The notes: generated by a model from the sequence alone, not told the origin. Positions 49,700-63,033 are shown, counted from the stretch's first letter. The stretch: 64,000 bases of DNA from Eledone cirrhosa (GCA_964016885.1 OZ024744.1:81158001-81222000), one strand, 5' to 3'. Program-made: numbers and translations.

Positions 49700-52387
49700 C
49701 CGTTATGTATGGATGAGCTGAGGATAAATGGAGCCATCCCGAATTAATAAATGAATATGAATCCGCGAGTTTCCAAGCACCCATGCGAAGCTTCAATTCA
49801 GAAACAGGAAGCATACACACACCCCCGCAAAAATTCACCCTTTCCCACGAATGTTGGCAAATGCCCAAAACTCTGAGTTGGAACCATCAATGTAAGCACA
49901 ATGAAAAGAAGAGCAGGAGAAATCATAGAGATGCTAGAGCAAAAGGAAATTGATGTATACTGTGTGCAAGAGACTAGATGGAGAGGAGAGCCCGCTAGAG
50001 TCCTTGTAGTGCTACATATTTTTCTGGGTGGGAAATGACAATGGGTTGGGTGGTGTAGGTACCCTACTAGCTGACAAGTGAGTAGATAAGGTAATCTCAG
50101 TGAACAAGGTGAATGCAAGAATCATTAAACTCAGACTAGTCCTGAATAAAACAATTACCACAATAATATCAGCTTACGCACCCCAATTGGGTTGCCAGAT
50201 GAACTTAAGGATAGGTTTTACAAATCTGTGATTGGAGCAAGACCACAGGCAGGAGGAGAGTGACTTGGTGGTGGAAAAATAAGGTAGTTAAGGCTAAGAC
50301 ACAGCCATGGAAAGAATGGAAGAACGGGGGAAGCAGGGTACATTACATAGAAACCAGGAGGGAAGCTAGGTGACAAGTATACTTAGCTAGAAGGGAAGCG
50401 GAGGATAGAAAATTCAAGCATGTTTTGCAACGTAAGGACCAGAAACAGGTGTTCAAGATTGTGAGGCAGTGTGTCAAAGAGAATTGTGATGTCATTGGAG
50501 AGAAGTGTATCCGGATTGATAAAGGTGGGCTTGCTCTCACAAGTGGTGAGAAGAAAGATTCGTGGAAGAGTCATTTTGAAAGATTACTAAATGAGGAGAA
50601 TGCTTGGGAAAAAAGAGACCCTACCTCAAGTAGACCCCATAGAGGGGCCAGCAGTACAAGTCAGCAACAGCGTAGTAAGTAAGGCAATCAAAGATATGAA
50701 GACGGGGAAGGCCATCGGGTATAGCTGCCGAGATGCTGAAGGCATCTGGGTCGGTAGATCACACCATAACCACACGTATTGTTAACCAGGTAATACTAGA
50801 GGGTGTCATACCAACGGATTGATGCAGTAGCACCATTGTCAACTGCTACTAGGGTAAAGGTGATGCACTAGAGAGAGGAAACTATAGAGGTATAAAGCTG
50901 ATGGAGCAGGTCATGAAAGTAACAGAAAGAGTTATAACACAGTTGATTAGGGACCGGGTACTAGGAGTAGATGAATGGCTTGTGAAAGCTGTACAAGCCA
51001 TGTACAGGGGAGCAGTTAGCTAAGTTAGCATTAACAATGACTATAGTGAGGAATTTAGCATACAGGTTGGTGTCCACCAGAGCTCTGTTCTTAGCCCTCT
51101 CCTATTCATCATAGTTTTGCAGGCAATAACGGAGGAGTTTAAGACCGGATGCCCATGGGAACTCCTGTATGCAGATGACCTCGCACTTATAGCTGAATCT
51201 ATGGTAGAACTAGAGAAGAAATTCCAAACATGGAAGAAAGGGTCTGAAAGTCAACCTGACAAAGACTAAGGTCCTTGTAAATAGACAAGAAAAGAAAACC
51301 CAGATCCCCTCAGGCTTGCTCAGTATGTGGGAAAGGTGTAGGTAGGAACGCCATCCTCTGCCTCAAATGCAAACAATGGATACACAAGAGATGTAATGGG
51401 ATCTCAGGAAGCTTAACTAAGAATGTAGGCTTCACATGTAGCAGCTGTGCTGGGACAGCAAGCAGCAAATGGCCACAGGAAATAAGTACCACCAAACTCT
51501 TGGAGGGTTCTGTAGAAACAGTAGACAGCTTCTGCTACCTAGGTGACTGAATTAGCAGCGGAGGTGGGTGTTCAGAAAGTACAATAACTAGGGTAAGAAC
51601 GGGATGGAAGAAGTTCAGGGAGCTACGTCACTGCTAGCTGCAAAAGGCTTCTCCCTCAAAATGAAAGGCAGACTGTATGACGCGTGTATACAAACAGCAA
51701 TGTTACATGGTAGTGAGACCTGGGTGTTGTGTGTAAAAGATTTGTGTAGATTAGAAAGAAACGAAGCCTGCATGCTCCGATGGATGTGTAACAGTAATAT
51801 ACGTGAACGGCAAAGCATTAACGAATTGAGAGAGAGACTGAGCATAAGAGGAATCAAATGGTGTGTGCAGGAGAGGAGGTTGCGTTGGTATGGACATGTG
51901 ATGCATATGAAGGATGACAGCTGCAGAGCACTAGAAGTCGATGGAAGCCGCGGAGTGGGGAGACCCAAGAAGACCTGGGATAAAAGCCGATCTTACCCAA
52001 TTGCATCTCTCAAAGTCAATGACACACGACCTTGACCTCTGGCATCATGCAGTAATACAGAAGACCCGACTTCCGACGGGTACAAGCCAAAGCTGAAGCT
52101 GAAGCATATAGACAATACGCCCCCCCCCCCCCCCCCACACACACTGCAAAAAAGTACCCAGCCCACACTGTAAAGTGGACATGTAGATGCCACGGAAAAA
52201 AAGCACCTAGCACTCACTGTAAATGAGGTTGGTGTTAGGAAGGGCATCCAGCTGTAGAAATCAAGCCAGAATCAGTTACAGTATGAGAAAGACAAGGTCA
52301 GCCAACCAGACACTGCCGACAACAGGACAACCCGTCTAAACCATGCTAGTGCGGGAGAACGGACGTAAAATGGTGATGATGATGATG
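49700..52387 (+). mobile_element. RTE LINE, 5' to 3' with large internal deletions; SINE-like 3' UTR
   Basis: LRVGTINVSTMKRRAGEI...CVQETRW (APE), NYRGIKL, GVHQSSVLSPLLF, ELLYADDL, RLRWYGHV, (GAT)n tail. 5' boundary uncertain (could extend to about 49300). Confidence 0.9.
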
Positions 52388-52770
52388 AACTTAGCAGCTC
52401 GATGAAATAAATACCAGACTTAAAAAAATAAGTACTTGGGTCAATATGATCAACTAAAGGTGGTGTTCCAACATGGTCACAGTCTAATGACTGAAACTAT
52501 AAAAAGGATATATGAATTTCAATTTTCCAATAGAACATTTTGTTTCTAACACAGTATTTTTATTTTCATATTGGAATTCATTACATTTTGTTATTTCCTC
52601 ATATAACTTTATTATTATTATTTATTTCTAGAATATCAACAATCTTAATTTAATAGTCAAAGAATCTAATTAACTCCCCTTATTTTCTGCATCAAAAATT
52701 TCTAGCCAAGCAAATTATAGGATGCTTGGAAAGTCAATGTGCAATCATACTTACACTATACATATATATA

Positions 52771-52846
52771 TTGGGTCGTCAAGTATGAAATTTGCAGAAA
52801 TTTTTTTTTCTAGAAATTTCTACAAATTTCATACTTGTCGACCCAA
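52771..52846. mobile_element. 76-bp mariner-type MITE (almost only TIRs)
   Basis: TA-TTGGGTCGTCAAGTATGAAATTTGCAGAAATTT / AAATTTCTACAAATTTCATACTTGTCGACCCAA-TA. Confidence 0.85.
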
Positions 52847-52847
52847 T

Positions 52848-52902
<55 letters not shown>

Positions 52903-52954
52903 CATACACCCTACTATGCATATATACACACCCCACTATATATATATATATATA

Positions 52955-53143
52955 TAAGGGTCAGCTGAAAAGTTCATAGGCTGACCAAAATACTCTCATG
53001 GAATGAGCAAATGAGGAGTTTTTTTTAACATAGTCTCTGGAAAGAAACAATGTAGTTATTAATGAGAAGAGTTAAAATTAATGTATGCAAGATCTAGCAT
53101 CAATCCTTCATAATCGGCCAATGAACTTTTCAGTTGACCCTCA
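52955..53143. mobile_element. Mariner-type MITE (copy of 11788-11983)
   Basis: TAAGGGTCAGCTGAAAAGTTCAT / ATGAACTTTTCAGTTGACCCTCA, TA flanks. Confidence 0.85.
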
Positions 53144-53147
53144 TATA

Positions 53148-56104
53148 TCATCATCATTTTACGTCCGCTCTTCCCTGCTTAAAAGGGTTGGATGGGTCCT
53201 ATTCAGCACAGCATCTCTCCACTCGTCATGGTCCCTCGTCATCTCCACCGTGAGCTTCAATGATCTGAGGTCTGTTCTCACCACCTCCTCCCATGTTTTT
53301 CGTGGTCTACCTCTACCACATCTTCCTTCAACTGGCATTTCCTGGCACTTCTTCACCCATTGGTCATCCTCCATGCGCATCACATGTCCATACCACCTCA
53401 GTCTCCTCTCTCGCACACTACATTCTATCCCTATCAGACACAGTTTCTCTCTCAACACATTCATGCTGGGTTGTTCACGCACATTGACACTGCACATCCA
53501 ACGGAGCATGTTTGCCTCATTTCTCTCCAGCCGTCGCATATCCTCTACAGTTGCTGCCCAAGTCTCACTACCATGCAACATCACGCTCCTCACACAAGCA
53601 TCATATAACCTGCCTTTCGTACGCAGGGAGAAACCCAGCATCGTCAGCAGAGGAAGCAGCTCCCTAAACTTCTTCCAACCCGTCATTATTCTAGATACTA
53701 TGGCCTCGGAACACCCCCCTCTCATGCTAATCTGATCTCCTAGGTACCAGAAGTTATCCACCACTTCTATAGCACCCGCCTGCATTTGATAAATGTGTCT
53801 ATCAATGCGATTACTACTGCCAACTTTCCCTGTACATCTACTGCATACATATTTCTCCCTACCTGTTAGTTTGCCTGCTATCCCGCTACATCTCTTGCGT
53901 ACCCAGGATCTGCATTGTGTGCATTTTATAGAATTTATGCAAGTTCCTTTCCTGCATATCGAACATGGCCATTTCCCTGACGGAATCAGAGTTTTATCCT
54001 CTTTTCTACTTATCAACACTTTTGTCTTAGCTAGGTTCACTCTCAGTCCTCTTGCTTCAACTGCTGTTTCTATAGCCAGAATTTATTCTCTAGCTCCTCT
54101 ACTGATTCTGCTATAAGAACCAGATCGTCGGCATAGAGAAGTTCCCGTGGACAGCTAGTCTTAAACTCCTCTGTTATGGCTTGGAGAACTATAATGAACA
54201 AGAGCGGGCTGAGGATCAAACCTTGATGTACTCCTACTTGTATCTGGAATTCCTCACTAAACTCCATTCCTACCTTGACTTTACTGACAGTACCTCTGTA
54301 CAAAGTTTGCACTGTCCTCACAAGCCATTCCTCAACACCTAGTTTCCTTAGGGACCACCAGATGACAGATCGGGGTACCCTATCAAAGGCCTTCTCTAGG
54401 TCAACAAAGGCTAAGTATAGTGGCTTATTTTTCTCTAAGAACCTCTCTTGTAATTGTCTCACCAAGAAGCGAGCATCTGTTGTACTCTTCCCAGGCACAA
54501 AACCAAACTGCATCTCATCTAGTTTGACCCTTTCTCTAATTAGTTGTGCTAATATCCTTTCTGCCACTTTCATAACCTGATCTATCAGTTTTATACCCCT
54601 ATAATTGCTCCTCTCCAGAGCACCCCCTTTACCTTTGTAGCAATTTATGAGAATACAGCTGCACCAGTCTTTGGGTATGACACCACCATATATAGCCTGA
54701 TTGATGATGCGTGCAACCAGTTTAGTGCCTACGTCCCCTGATGCCTTCAGCATTTCAGCAACTATCCCCGATGGTCCAGCAGCCTTGCTATTTTTCATTT
54801 CCTTAATCGCCTCTTGGACCCTATATTCGTCAATCTCAATAGCTGGTCCCTCTGTTGGATCTGAGGGTAATTTCTCTCTCTCCCATTCGTTCTCCACATT
54901 CATCAGTCTCTCATAATGACATTTCCAGGCCTCCTTTTTCTGATCATTCGTGACACTAAGTACACCGGCATCATTCCGGACACATTTATCTCCAACAACA
55001 TCCTGATTTGCATTGACACACTGCCTTGCAATGTGAAACACTGCACGCCTCTGATCTTACCGTCGCAGAACATTGGCAAACCTCCTACTCTCAGCCTACC
55101 TGCGTGCTAAGTACACCTGACGTCTAGCTTCTCTCTTAGCGGCTGTATATCCTTCCCTACTCCCACCCTTTTTCCAAGCCTTCCATGTTATTCTTTTGTC
55201 TCTAATGGCGTTATCTACTGTGCTGTTCCACCACCAGGTCACTCTCTGTCTGGTTGGAGCTCTGCTCCAGCCACAAGTTTCATCAGTAGCCTGCAGTAAG
55301 TTGTCACATAAGAAATTCCAGTTATTATCTATGTCATACGTCTCTAAATCGTCTTCTTTTTCGTCATACACATCTTGAAGGGCTTTCCTAAATTTGTATT
55401 TTAGTTAAAGGTCTTTTAGCTTCCAGACCTTTCTTCTCCAGACCTTCCTGTATGTCTCATTCCATCTCGTGCTTACTGAGATATTACTAACGACTAACCT
55501 ATGCTGCGGGGTACATTCTTTCCCAGCGTATGCCTTGGTATTAGACACTATCTGCCTGTCCCGCTGTCTAACTAGTAAGAAGTCAATCTGGCTTATGTGC
55601 TCGCCAGATTTGTAGGTTATTAGGTGGTTGGCAGGTTTCTGGAAGTTAGTGTTGCAAATAGTCAGTGTACTTGTATCACAAAATTCAAGAAGTCTCACTC
55701 CTTCTTCATTTCTTGAGCCGTATCTGTGCCCAACATGTACCCCAGTGTAACCATCCTGGAGCTGTCCAACATGGACATTGAAGTCCCCTGCTAGCATAAC
55801 GATGTCTCCGTCCTCTGTCATTGCGGTTGTTTGTAAAAGTTGCTCGTAAAAGTAGTCTTTCTCTTCTTTGCCTAGGCCTGCTTGGGGAGCATAGGCAGAG
55901 ATGATTGTCAGTAGTCTCCTGCCTACAACTAATCTAAGCTTAATTATTCGATTACTGATCCATCTCTCAGCCAGGAAAATGCCTACTCCCCCTAACCCAT
56001 CATCCTTACCTACCCAGAAAAGCTTATAACTAAGATGTTTGCCTACGACTAGTCTCGCAGAGGCACCTCTACATCTCACCTCTTGCACGCAGCACACATC
56101 TACA
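53148..56104 (-). mobile_element. Near full-length RTE LINE (APE endonuclease plus RT), inactivated by stops and frameshifts
   Basis: ORF pieces 56097-55405 (CVQEVR, SAYAPQ, GDFN, QIDF, QHRLV), 55371-55096, 55041-54070 (NYRGIKL, QFGF, DLEKAFD, GVHQG, YADD) and 54040-53159. Tail GGACGTAAAATGATGATGAT directly after the stop. Confidence 0.96.
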
Positions 56105-56166
56105 TTTTATTATATATGTATATATAATAAAAAGGACGATTTGTTATGTCTCCATTACATTTATTG

Positions 56167-56259
56167 AGTAGTGACGCATGTTTCGCTATTGATTAGTTCA
56201 AGGTTTGATCTGTATTGATCTAGCCTGACTCTGGAATAAAAAAAACTCGTCGGACTTCT
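56167..56259 (-). ncRNA. Relic type-I hammerhead motif in a Penelope-like end
   Basis: AGAAGU-CCGACGA-G...C-GAAAC-AUGC-GUC-ACUACU. One core substitution (U to C), stem I 5 of 6 paired, stem II decayed. Confidence 0.55.
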
Positions 56260-56281
56260 GTCATGGTAATGACAAAATCCC

Positions 56282-56337
<56 letters not shown>

Positions 56338-56539
56338 TGATATGATATAAATTTATTTATTTAATTTAAACATCTATATAGAGGCAGTAGCAATGCATGA
56401 CAGACTAAGAGTGGTATCTAATGCACCTTATAATTAAGAAACAAAATAAGTGAGAAAAAAAAAAGTGAAAAACAAATAAGGAAGCAAAAGAAGCAAAACA
56501 AGAAAAATGGAAAAAACAAAGCCAATTACAAAGCAACTA

Positions 56540-57480
56540 TATGTTTTTGTTATTGAATCTCGTCATAGACTTCATGTATCGAAATATCTCATTTATGGTT
56601 GGTAGATCTTTGACAATATATTATATCTCCAATCTTGGTAGTTTTTTTAAGGACCATCTAGATGTCTTCTTTCTTCTTTTTCAGATTGATAATTTCTGCA
56701 TTGGAATAAATTGTGCCATGGAGTTTCTGTGCAGTCTCCACAAGAATATAGAGGTGATTCTATATCAGGCATGTTTAACTGAGGGTCCCCTGAGGGACAC
56801 GTGGGTCACATATGTGTTGTCTGAGGGCCACAAACGACAACTAATTGCACACATTACAACTAATTTTTAAAATTTTATATTACGAAGATAAAACATGCTC
56901 GTGCAGTAAAAACCTTTGTGCGGGCTGCAGATGTGCTTGTAATGGGGGCGCTAGCGGCCCATGGACCACATGTTTGACATGCCTGTTCTATATAACCTGT
57001 TCTTGAGAAAATATATTTTAAAGGTATATGACCCATTCAAAGCCAACAAAATTGTTTAGTTAATCTTATTCAGTATTTGATACTGTTATAAGTGTTGACA
57101 GATCTGGCTGAGATAGTGGATGATTGAAATTTAACAGCTTATCTCTAGAGTTTTCCTAAACTTTTTTCCACCCTCAACTAATTGTTTTTGCTGAATGATT
57201 TGAAATATGATAAATTTGCAATGTAGTCTATATCTATTATTTCTTTTTGTGCCCTTTTTTTGGGCTAATTAATCTGCTTTTCTGCTTCCCATAATATCTG
57301 TATGGCCTGGTATTCAAATCATTGTTAATGTTTATTATTTTCTGCAAGATAATTGTCTCTTTTTAGCAGGATACTCTCAATATCTGTAACTTGACCTACT
57401 TTTCTTGTCTGAAACAGTTTTAGGTTCAATAAACTAAACTATCTTCAAGATAAGTTTCCAGCTAAGTGTAGGCTACTATA
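56540..57480 (-). mobile_element. Decayed LINE C-terminus with RNase H and CCHC knuckle (I/R1/LOA-like group)
   Basis: I*IPGHTDIMGKQKAD*LAQK (RNase H WIPGH..GNE.AD.LAK) and TGYIESPLYSCGDCTETPWHNLFQC (knuckle). Confidence 0.65.
56766..56985. mobile_element. hAT (Charlie-like) MITE
   Basis: TIR CAGGCATGTTTAAC / GTTTGACATGCCTG with a perfect 8-bp TSD TTCTATAT. Confidence 0.9.
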
Positions 57481-57483
57481 CCT

Positions 57484-58575
57484 AGCCTTTGACAGAGTAC
57501 CACAATCTGTTATCTGGTGGTCATTAAGGAAAGTAAGTGTAGATCATTGACTCATGAGAGCAGTGCAAGTCATGTGCAATGGTGTTGTCAGTAAAGTGAG
57601 AGTAAGTGAGGAATAGAACATGCGGGTGAATGTTTACCAAAACTGTCCTCAGACCCCTCTTGTTTGTTATAATTCTGCAGGCTATAATAGACAAGTTTAA
57701 GACTGACTGTCCTTGGGAGTCTCTGGATGCAGATGACCTAGATCTTTTAGCTGAATCTGTGGAAGAGTTTGAGATGAAACTCTTGCTATGGAAACATAAC
57801 TTAAAACCAAGAGGGCTCAGGGTAAACCTTGCAAAGACCAAAGTTTTAGTGAATAGGAAAGAGGACAAGACTCTTATTTCTATCAGAGAAGTGGCCAAGC
57901 TCAATATGATGCACACAAGGTAAGGTATGAGTATTCAAGAGGTGTAGTGGGATTGTAGGTGGCTAACAGAAAAGACAGATTTTACATGTGACAGATGCTC
58001 ATGGGTAGTTGGTATTAAGAGCACCAGTGAAATAAATCTTTTTCAATCTTTGAGAAAGTACTATAAAAGCACTTGATAGTTTCTACAACTTAGATAACCT
58101 AATAAGCAGTGTAACTAGAAGAAGAGGTTGAAAATGTTCAGGGAGCTATTACACCTGTTAAAAACAAAGGGATTTTCTCTAGAGTAAATTGTATGATGTC
58201 AGCATGTCTCATTGCATGGCATTGAGATATGGGCAGTAAATGCAGAGGATATAAGGGGGCTGGAGAGATATGAAGTGAGCATGGGTGAACTGAGAGAAAA
58301 GCAGGGTATAAACAAAATCAGATGTTGTGTGCAAATAGAGAAGACTACACTGGTATGGATATATGTATGAACAATAGTTATAGGATGCCAGTGGATGGCA
58401 ACTGCAGCAGAGGAAGAGCAAGGAAACCTTGGTTAAAGGTGATTAGAACTGTTCTCAAAACATTAAATCTCACAGAGGAGATGAAGAAACATAATAAGTG
58501 GATGTTAACTGTATTGGGAAGGACTCATCAAACCCATGCAACCATGGAAAAGCAGACATAAAATGATGGTGATGA
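57484..58575 (+). mobile_element. Decayed RTE (RT 3' half to tail)
   Basis: AFDRVPQSVIWWSLRK...PLLFVIILQAI...DADDLDLLAES...VNLAKTKVL...GRARKPW, then the RTE tail. Confidence 0.88.
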
Positions 58576-58839
58576 TATACTTTGGCAGGGTCATGCTGCA
58601 AATTAAAAAAACACACACACACACGCACTGGTTGAGTTTCATTTCAGTATAATTATTTGTCACAGTAACTAATCCTTTCCTCAGTTTAGTAACTGGATAG
58701 TAATTTAATTGTCAAATATCTTGCATTACATATTCTGTGACATTCTCAATTACTATTTTGACACTCTGTGTCTCATTTTGATTTAGTTCTAGTTACTCCA
58801 TCTTGTTTTTCTGTAGCATGTTTTATACCATGAAAAAAT

Positions 58840-59205
58840 GCACTCAGTACTCCTTGTTAGGTGGTTGGTGGTAGAAAGGGCATCCAGCTGTAGAAACCAT
58901 GCAGAAGAAAAATGGTAGAGAAGACTCTTCAGGTATAGCAAGAGTTCAAAAACCTCTCCACTGTAAAGTGGTTGGTGATAGGATGGACAACCAGTCGTAG
59001 AAAACTTGTCAAATAAAATGTGAGGACTATTTAGTTGTGCTAAAGACATGGGAACTTCCCTAGTGCTGGTGACACAATAAAATGCACAGTGCGCTCTTGA
59101 GGGTAAAAGACCAGTGGATCCAATTGAGTACTGACTTGGTTTGTGTTGACCCATCCAGCCCTTGCTAGCAGAGAAAGCAGATGTTAAATGATAATGATGA
59201 TGTTG
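58840..59205 (+). mobile_element. Degenerate family C-like SINE(s)
   Basis: GGTTGGTGGTAGAAAGGGCATCCAGCTGTAGAAA plus RTE-type tail. Confidence 0.65.
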
Positions 59206-59545
59206 ATAATATATATATACATATATTGGATATGAATCGAAGTTGTAGCTGTCATATAGCAGTTACTAAATCACATATATATATCATCATCATCATTTAA
59301 CGTCCATCTTCCATGCTAGCATGGGTTAGATGGTTATATGAAAAATATATTGAACATGACATGCAACAACATGTGAAATATATCCCACATCAGCATAAAT
59401 CGAAATAAAGCTTTGAAAAGCTACACATAGTGAAACTGCATAGCACAAAAGTAATTAGATAATCATGTTTTTTCTGAAAAACCACCTCTACACATATATA
59501 TAATTTATTTTGTATGAACTAATTTCTTATGTACCATAAATTTGC

Positions 59546-59876
59546 ATCATCATCATCATCATCATCATCATCAACGTTTAACGTCCGTGTTCCACGCTTG
59601 CATGGGTTTGGACGGGGGTAGTCCCACTTGAGGCAAGAGTGATTGTCTTGCTCGCATAGGACTGTCTGGCAGGTTTTCTACAGTTGGATGCCCTTCCTAA
59701 CACCAACCACATTTACAGTGTGGGTCTGGGAGGTTTTTACCGTGTTGCCTACACGGCCACATTACAGCGTGGACTGTGTGTTTTTTTGTCGTGACACCTA
59801 CACGATCTCATTTGTTTCGGCCTGGATGGCGCGGCACCAACATAACTTTACATAGGACGGGGTGGTGTGGATGGGT
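59546..59876 (-). mobile_element. 3' UTR-only copy of the 45748-47052 RTE family
   Basis: High similarity to 46715-47050 in reverse complement. Confidence 0.9.
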
Positions 59877-60165
59877 AAAAAACAAAATTAAGTGCATCTT
59901 CAAATCTTTATTATTATTTCTTGTGTGTGTGTGTGTCTGATTATATCTATCTATACATATATAGATATTAACTGCAGCTTTTATTTTTCAATTTTCTGTT
60001 GTCAGAGGGGTGTTAGGGGCCGGTTAGCGATCTCTCTCTTTCTTAGTCTGTCTTTTTAGATAGATACATAACTCGACTGGTCAAGCTGAAGATCCACATA
60101 AGGTGAAACAATTGTTCTCAGTATGAACTAACTGTTGTGTTACTACTTCTTTATATATATATATA

Positions 60166-60759
60166 TAAATTCCGACCTCACACACTTACACCTCTCCAAG
60201 ACAATGTCACTGGACCGAGGGTGTTTGGCGCTACACAGTTATACAGAAGACCCACCTTGCCTAAGTACAGAGCGAAACCTACAGTCAGTAGGTACCTCTA
60301 ACAAAAATACACCCTCGTCCCACTAACCCCCCCTCCCCATCCACACCACCTCTTTCGATGTAAAGTTATGTTGGTACCACAACATCCAGTCCAAAATAAA
60401 TGAGGTCGTGTAGGTGTCACAAAAAAAAAATACACAGTCCACGCTGTAATGTGGCCGTGTAGGTAACACGGTAAAAACCTCCCAGTCCACACTGTAAATG
60501 TGGTTGGTGTTGGGAAGGGCATCCAGCTGTAGAAAACCCGCCAGACGTGTAGGTGTCACGACAAAAAAACACACAGTCCACGCTGTAATGTGGCTGTGTA
60601 GGTAACACGGTAAAAAACCTCCCAGTCCACACTGTAAACGTGGTTGGTGTTACGAAGGGCATCCAGCCGTAGAAAACCCACTAGACAGTCCTATACGAGT
60701 AGGACAACCAATCTTGCCTCCGTTCAAACCCATGCAAGCGTGGAAGATGGACGTTAAAC

Positions 60760-60795
<36 letters not shown>
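60166..60795 (+). mobile_element. RTE 3' end (same family as 45748-47052) with an internal tandem duplication of about 140 bp
   Basis: INSDLTHLHLSKTMSLDR, then the same 3' UTR; 60407-60546 is duplicated; (GAT)n tail. Confidence 0.92.
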
Positions 60796-61360
60796 ATATA
60801 TTAGTGTCCGAAACATTTAAGATCCTCTTCCTGTTATTTCAAGCATTAACCTAATATATTCCTTCCATATACTGTACTGATTGTGTTGTTATTTATGTTT
60901 ACCTTTTACACACACACACATATATATATACATATAATGATATATGTAAACAAAATGCTTTTACTCGAAAAAGGGGGCAACATGTTTCTTAGAAATTATT
61001 ATCATTAATTATTATTAATAGTTATAGATATGAAGAAAGGACATCAGCAGCAACATATGCTAGAAAACAAAACCATTGAATGAAATGGTATGTTTATTTA
61101 GAAGTTTAATTAATAAAAACTAATAAATGTTTTTTATATAATCACAGAATTCCGTTCCTAGTTATCAGAGTGGTGTGATGTGTTATAAGCTTCTTACATA
61201 ATACAAGGCATGGGTAAAATGGAAATCAGTGAAGTATAAACATAAGTAGGAGAACATTTTCTTCTTTCTTGTTCCAGAGGTAAAAAAAAAACAAAAGCAA
61301 TCAGTTAATGGGCAGTTTAATGTGTACTTACAATTTAAAGTTTTCAGTTACATATATATA

Positions 61361-61461
61361 CAAGGTGTTCCCAAAAGATGTATACACACTTCAACAGCAT
61401 TCTAATAAATATTGCCTGTGCAGGTAATCAAAGTGTGTATACATATTTTTGGTACACCCTG
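61361..61461. mobile_element. Tc1/mariner-type MITE
   Basis: TA-CAAGGTGTTCCCAAAA...TTTTGGTACACCCTG-TA. Confidence 0.8.
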
Positions 61462-61530
<69 letters not shown>

Positions 61531-61726
61531 CATCGAAGATAGATGAGTTGCATAAAGTCGAGTGCTTTTCTCATATTACGTCATGGTTAACATTGCAGAA
61601 TGACCAATTCTACCCAGTGGTTGACCACCAAATTTAAACGAATATATATATATATATATATATATAAAGGCGGTGCCCCAGCATGGCCTCAGCCGGAATG
61701 GCTGGAACAGGTAAAAGAGTAAAATA

Positions 61727-61801
<75 letters not shown>

Positions 61802-62031
61802 GATGATGAAATACTTCTATTCTTTTCTTTTCCATCCTCTTTCTTTCAGACCTTATTTGCCAGTGTCTACATGTGGTATCTTTCAAGTTTGCTTGTGGTT
61901 TTTAGCTGAACAAACTCAGAAACAGACACCTATACACTCATACACAACGGTCCTTCACATAAGGTATTGGTCAACCCATGTCTATAGTAGGAGGCACTTG
62001 CCCCAAGTGCGACACAATGGGACTGAACCTG

Positions 62032-62072
<41 letters not shown>

Positions 62073-62074
62073 GG

Positions 62075-62395
62075 GTATCAAAGATTCACTCCAGGTAGAG
62101 CCACTACTTCTCCAAATTGAGAGATCACAGCTCCAATACTATGGGCATATGATTAGAATATCTCAGGAAAGAATTGCTACACAGATTTTATGGGCAAAAC
62201 CAACCGGCAGGAGACCCAGGGGTAGACCCTGAGCAAGATGGTTGGATAACATCCATGAGCTTGGCTGGTCACGCTTGGGCATCCAGCTGGATCAGTTGGA
62301 GACAGTTGCTTCTTACAGAACCTATTGGAAGGCATGTTTGAGGACTCTGCCCCAACGACCCTCTCAAGATAAGTGGGCGAAGAAGAAGAAGAAAA
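62075..62395 (+). mobile_element. Expander/Rex3-like RTE 3' fragment
   Basis: LQVEPLLLQIERSQLQYYGHMIR...GRRPRGRP.ARWLDNIHELGWSRLGIQLDQLETVAS, with a (GAA)n tail. Confidence 0.88.
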
Positions 62396-62667
62396 AGGAT
62401 ACCCATAGATCAAGGAAAACAATGCTCAATCTATTGCAAGAGAGCTTATTTAGCATAAATAATGTTTCATACACTTAACATGTATATGCGACCATTGGTT
62501 TTGGGGTCCAGTTATGGCCATCACTGTATAATGGAGAAGGCATTCCAAACTGGCCCCTCATCAGGCACTTAGACAAAAATGTTAGGAAGAGCATCTTACA
62601 CTATACAGTGGTGGCCAATAATCGCACACACATGTTAAGTGAGTGTATGAAACTATTTATACTATAT

Positions 62668-62892
62668 ATCATCATCATCATCACCATTTTACGTCCATTC
62701 TTCTACACTAGTTTGGGTTAAACGAGTCGTCCTGCTGTAGGCAATGCAAGGTCAGGTGACTATGTCTTGCTCATACAGAACTGATTCTGGCTTGGCTTCT
62801 ACAGCTGGATACCCTTCCTAGCGCCAACCTCATTTACAGTGTGGGCTGGGTGCTTTTTCTCGTGACACCTACACAACTACTTTACAGTGGGA
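62668..62892 (-). mobile_element. SINE family C 3' part
   Basis: (CAT)n tail plus CTACAGCTGGATACCCTTCCTAGCGCCAACC. Confidence 0.85.
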
Positions 62893-62906
62893 GAGGGAGG
62901 GGTCAT

Positions 62907-62941
<35 letters not shown>

Positions 62942-63033
62942 GTGTGTGTTAGGTAATTCCAAAGGAAAAAGAGTGCTCTATGTATAGAACAGAGCTATTT
63001 AATTAGAACGTGAACAACACAAAATATAACTAC

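Noticed and set aside
53085-55378. Plus-strand ORFs of 60-216 aa
   Set aside because: Antisense shadows of the minus-strand RTE ORF.
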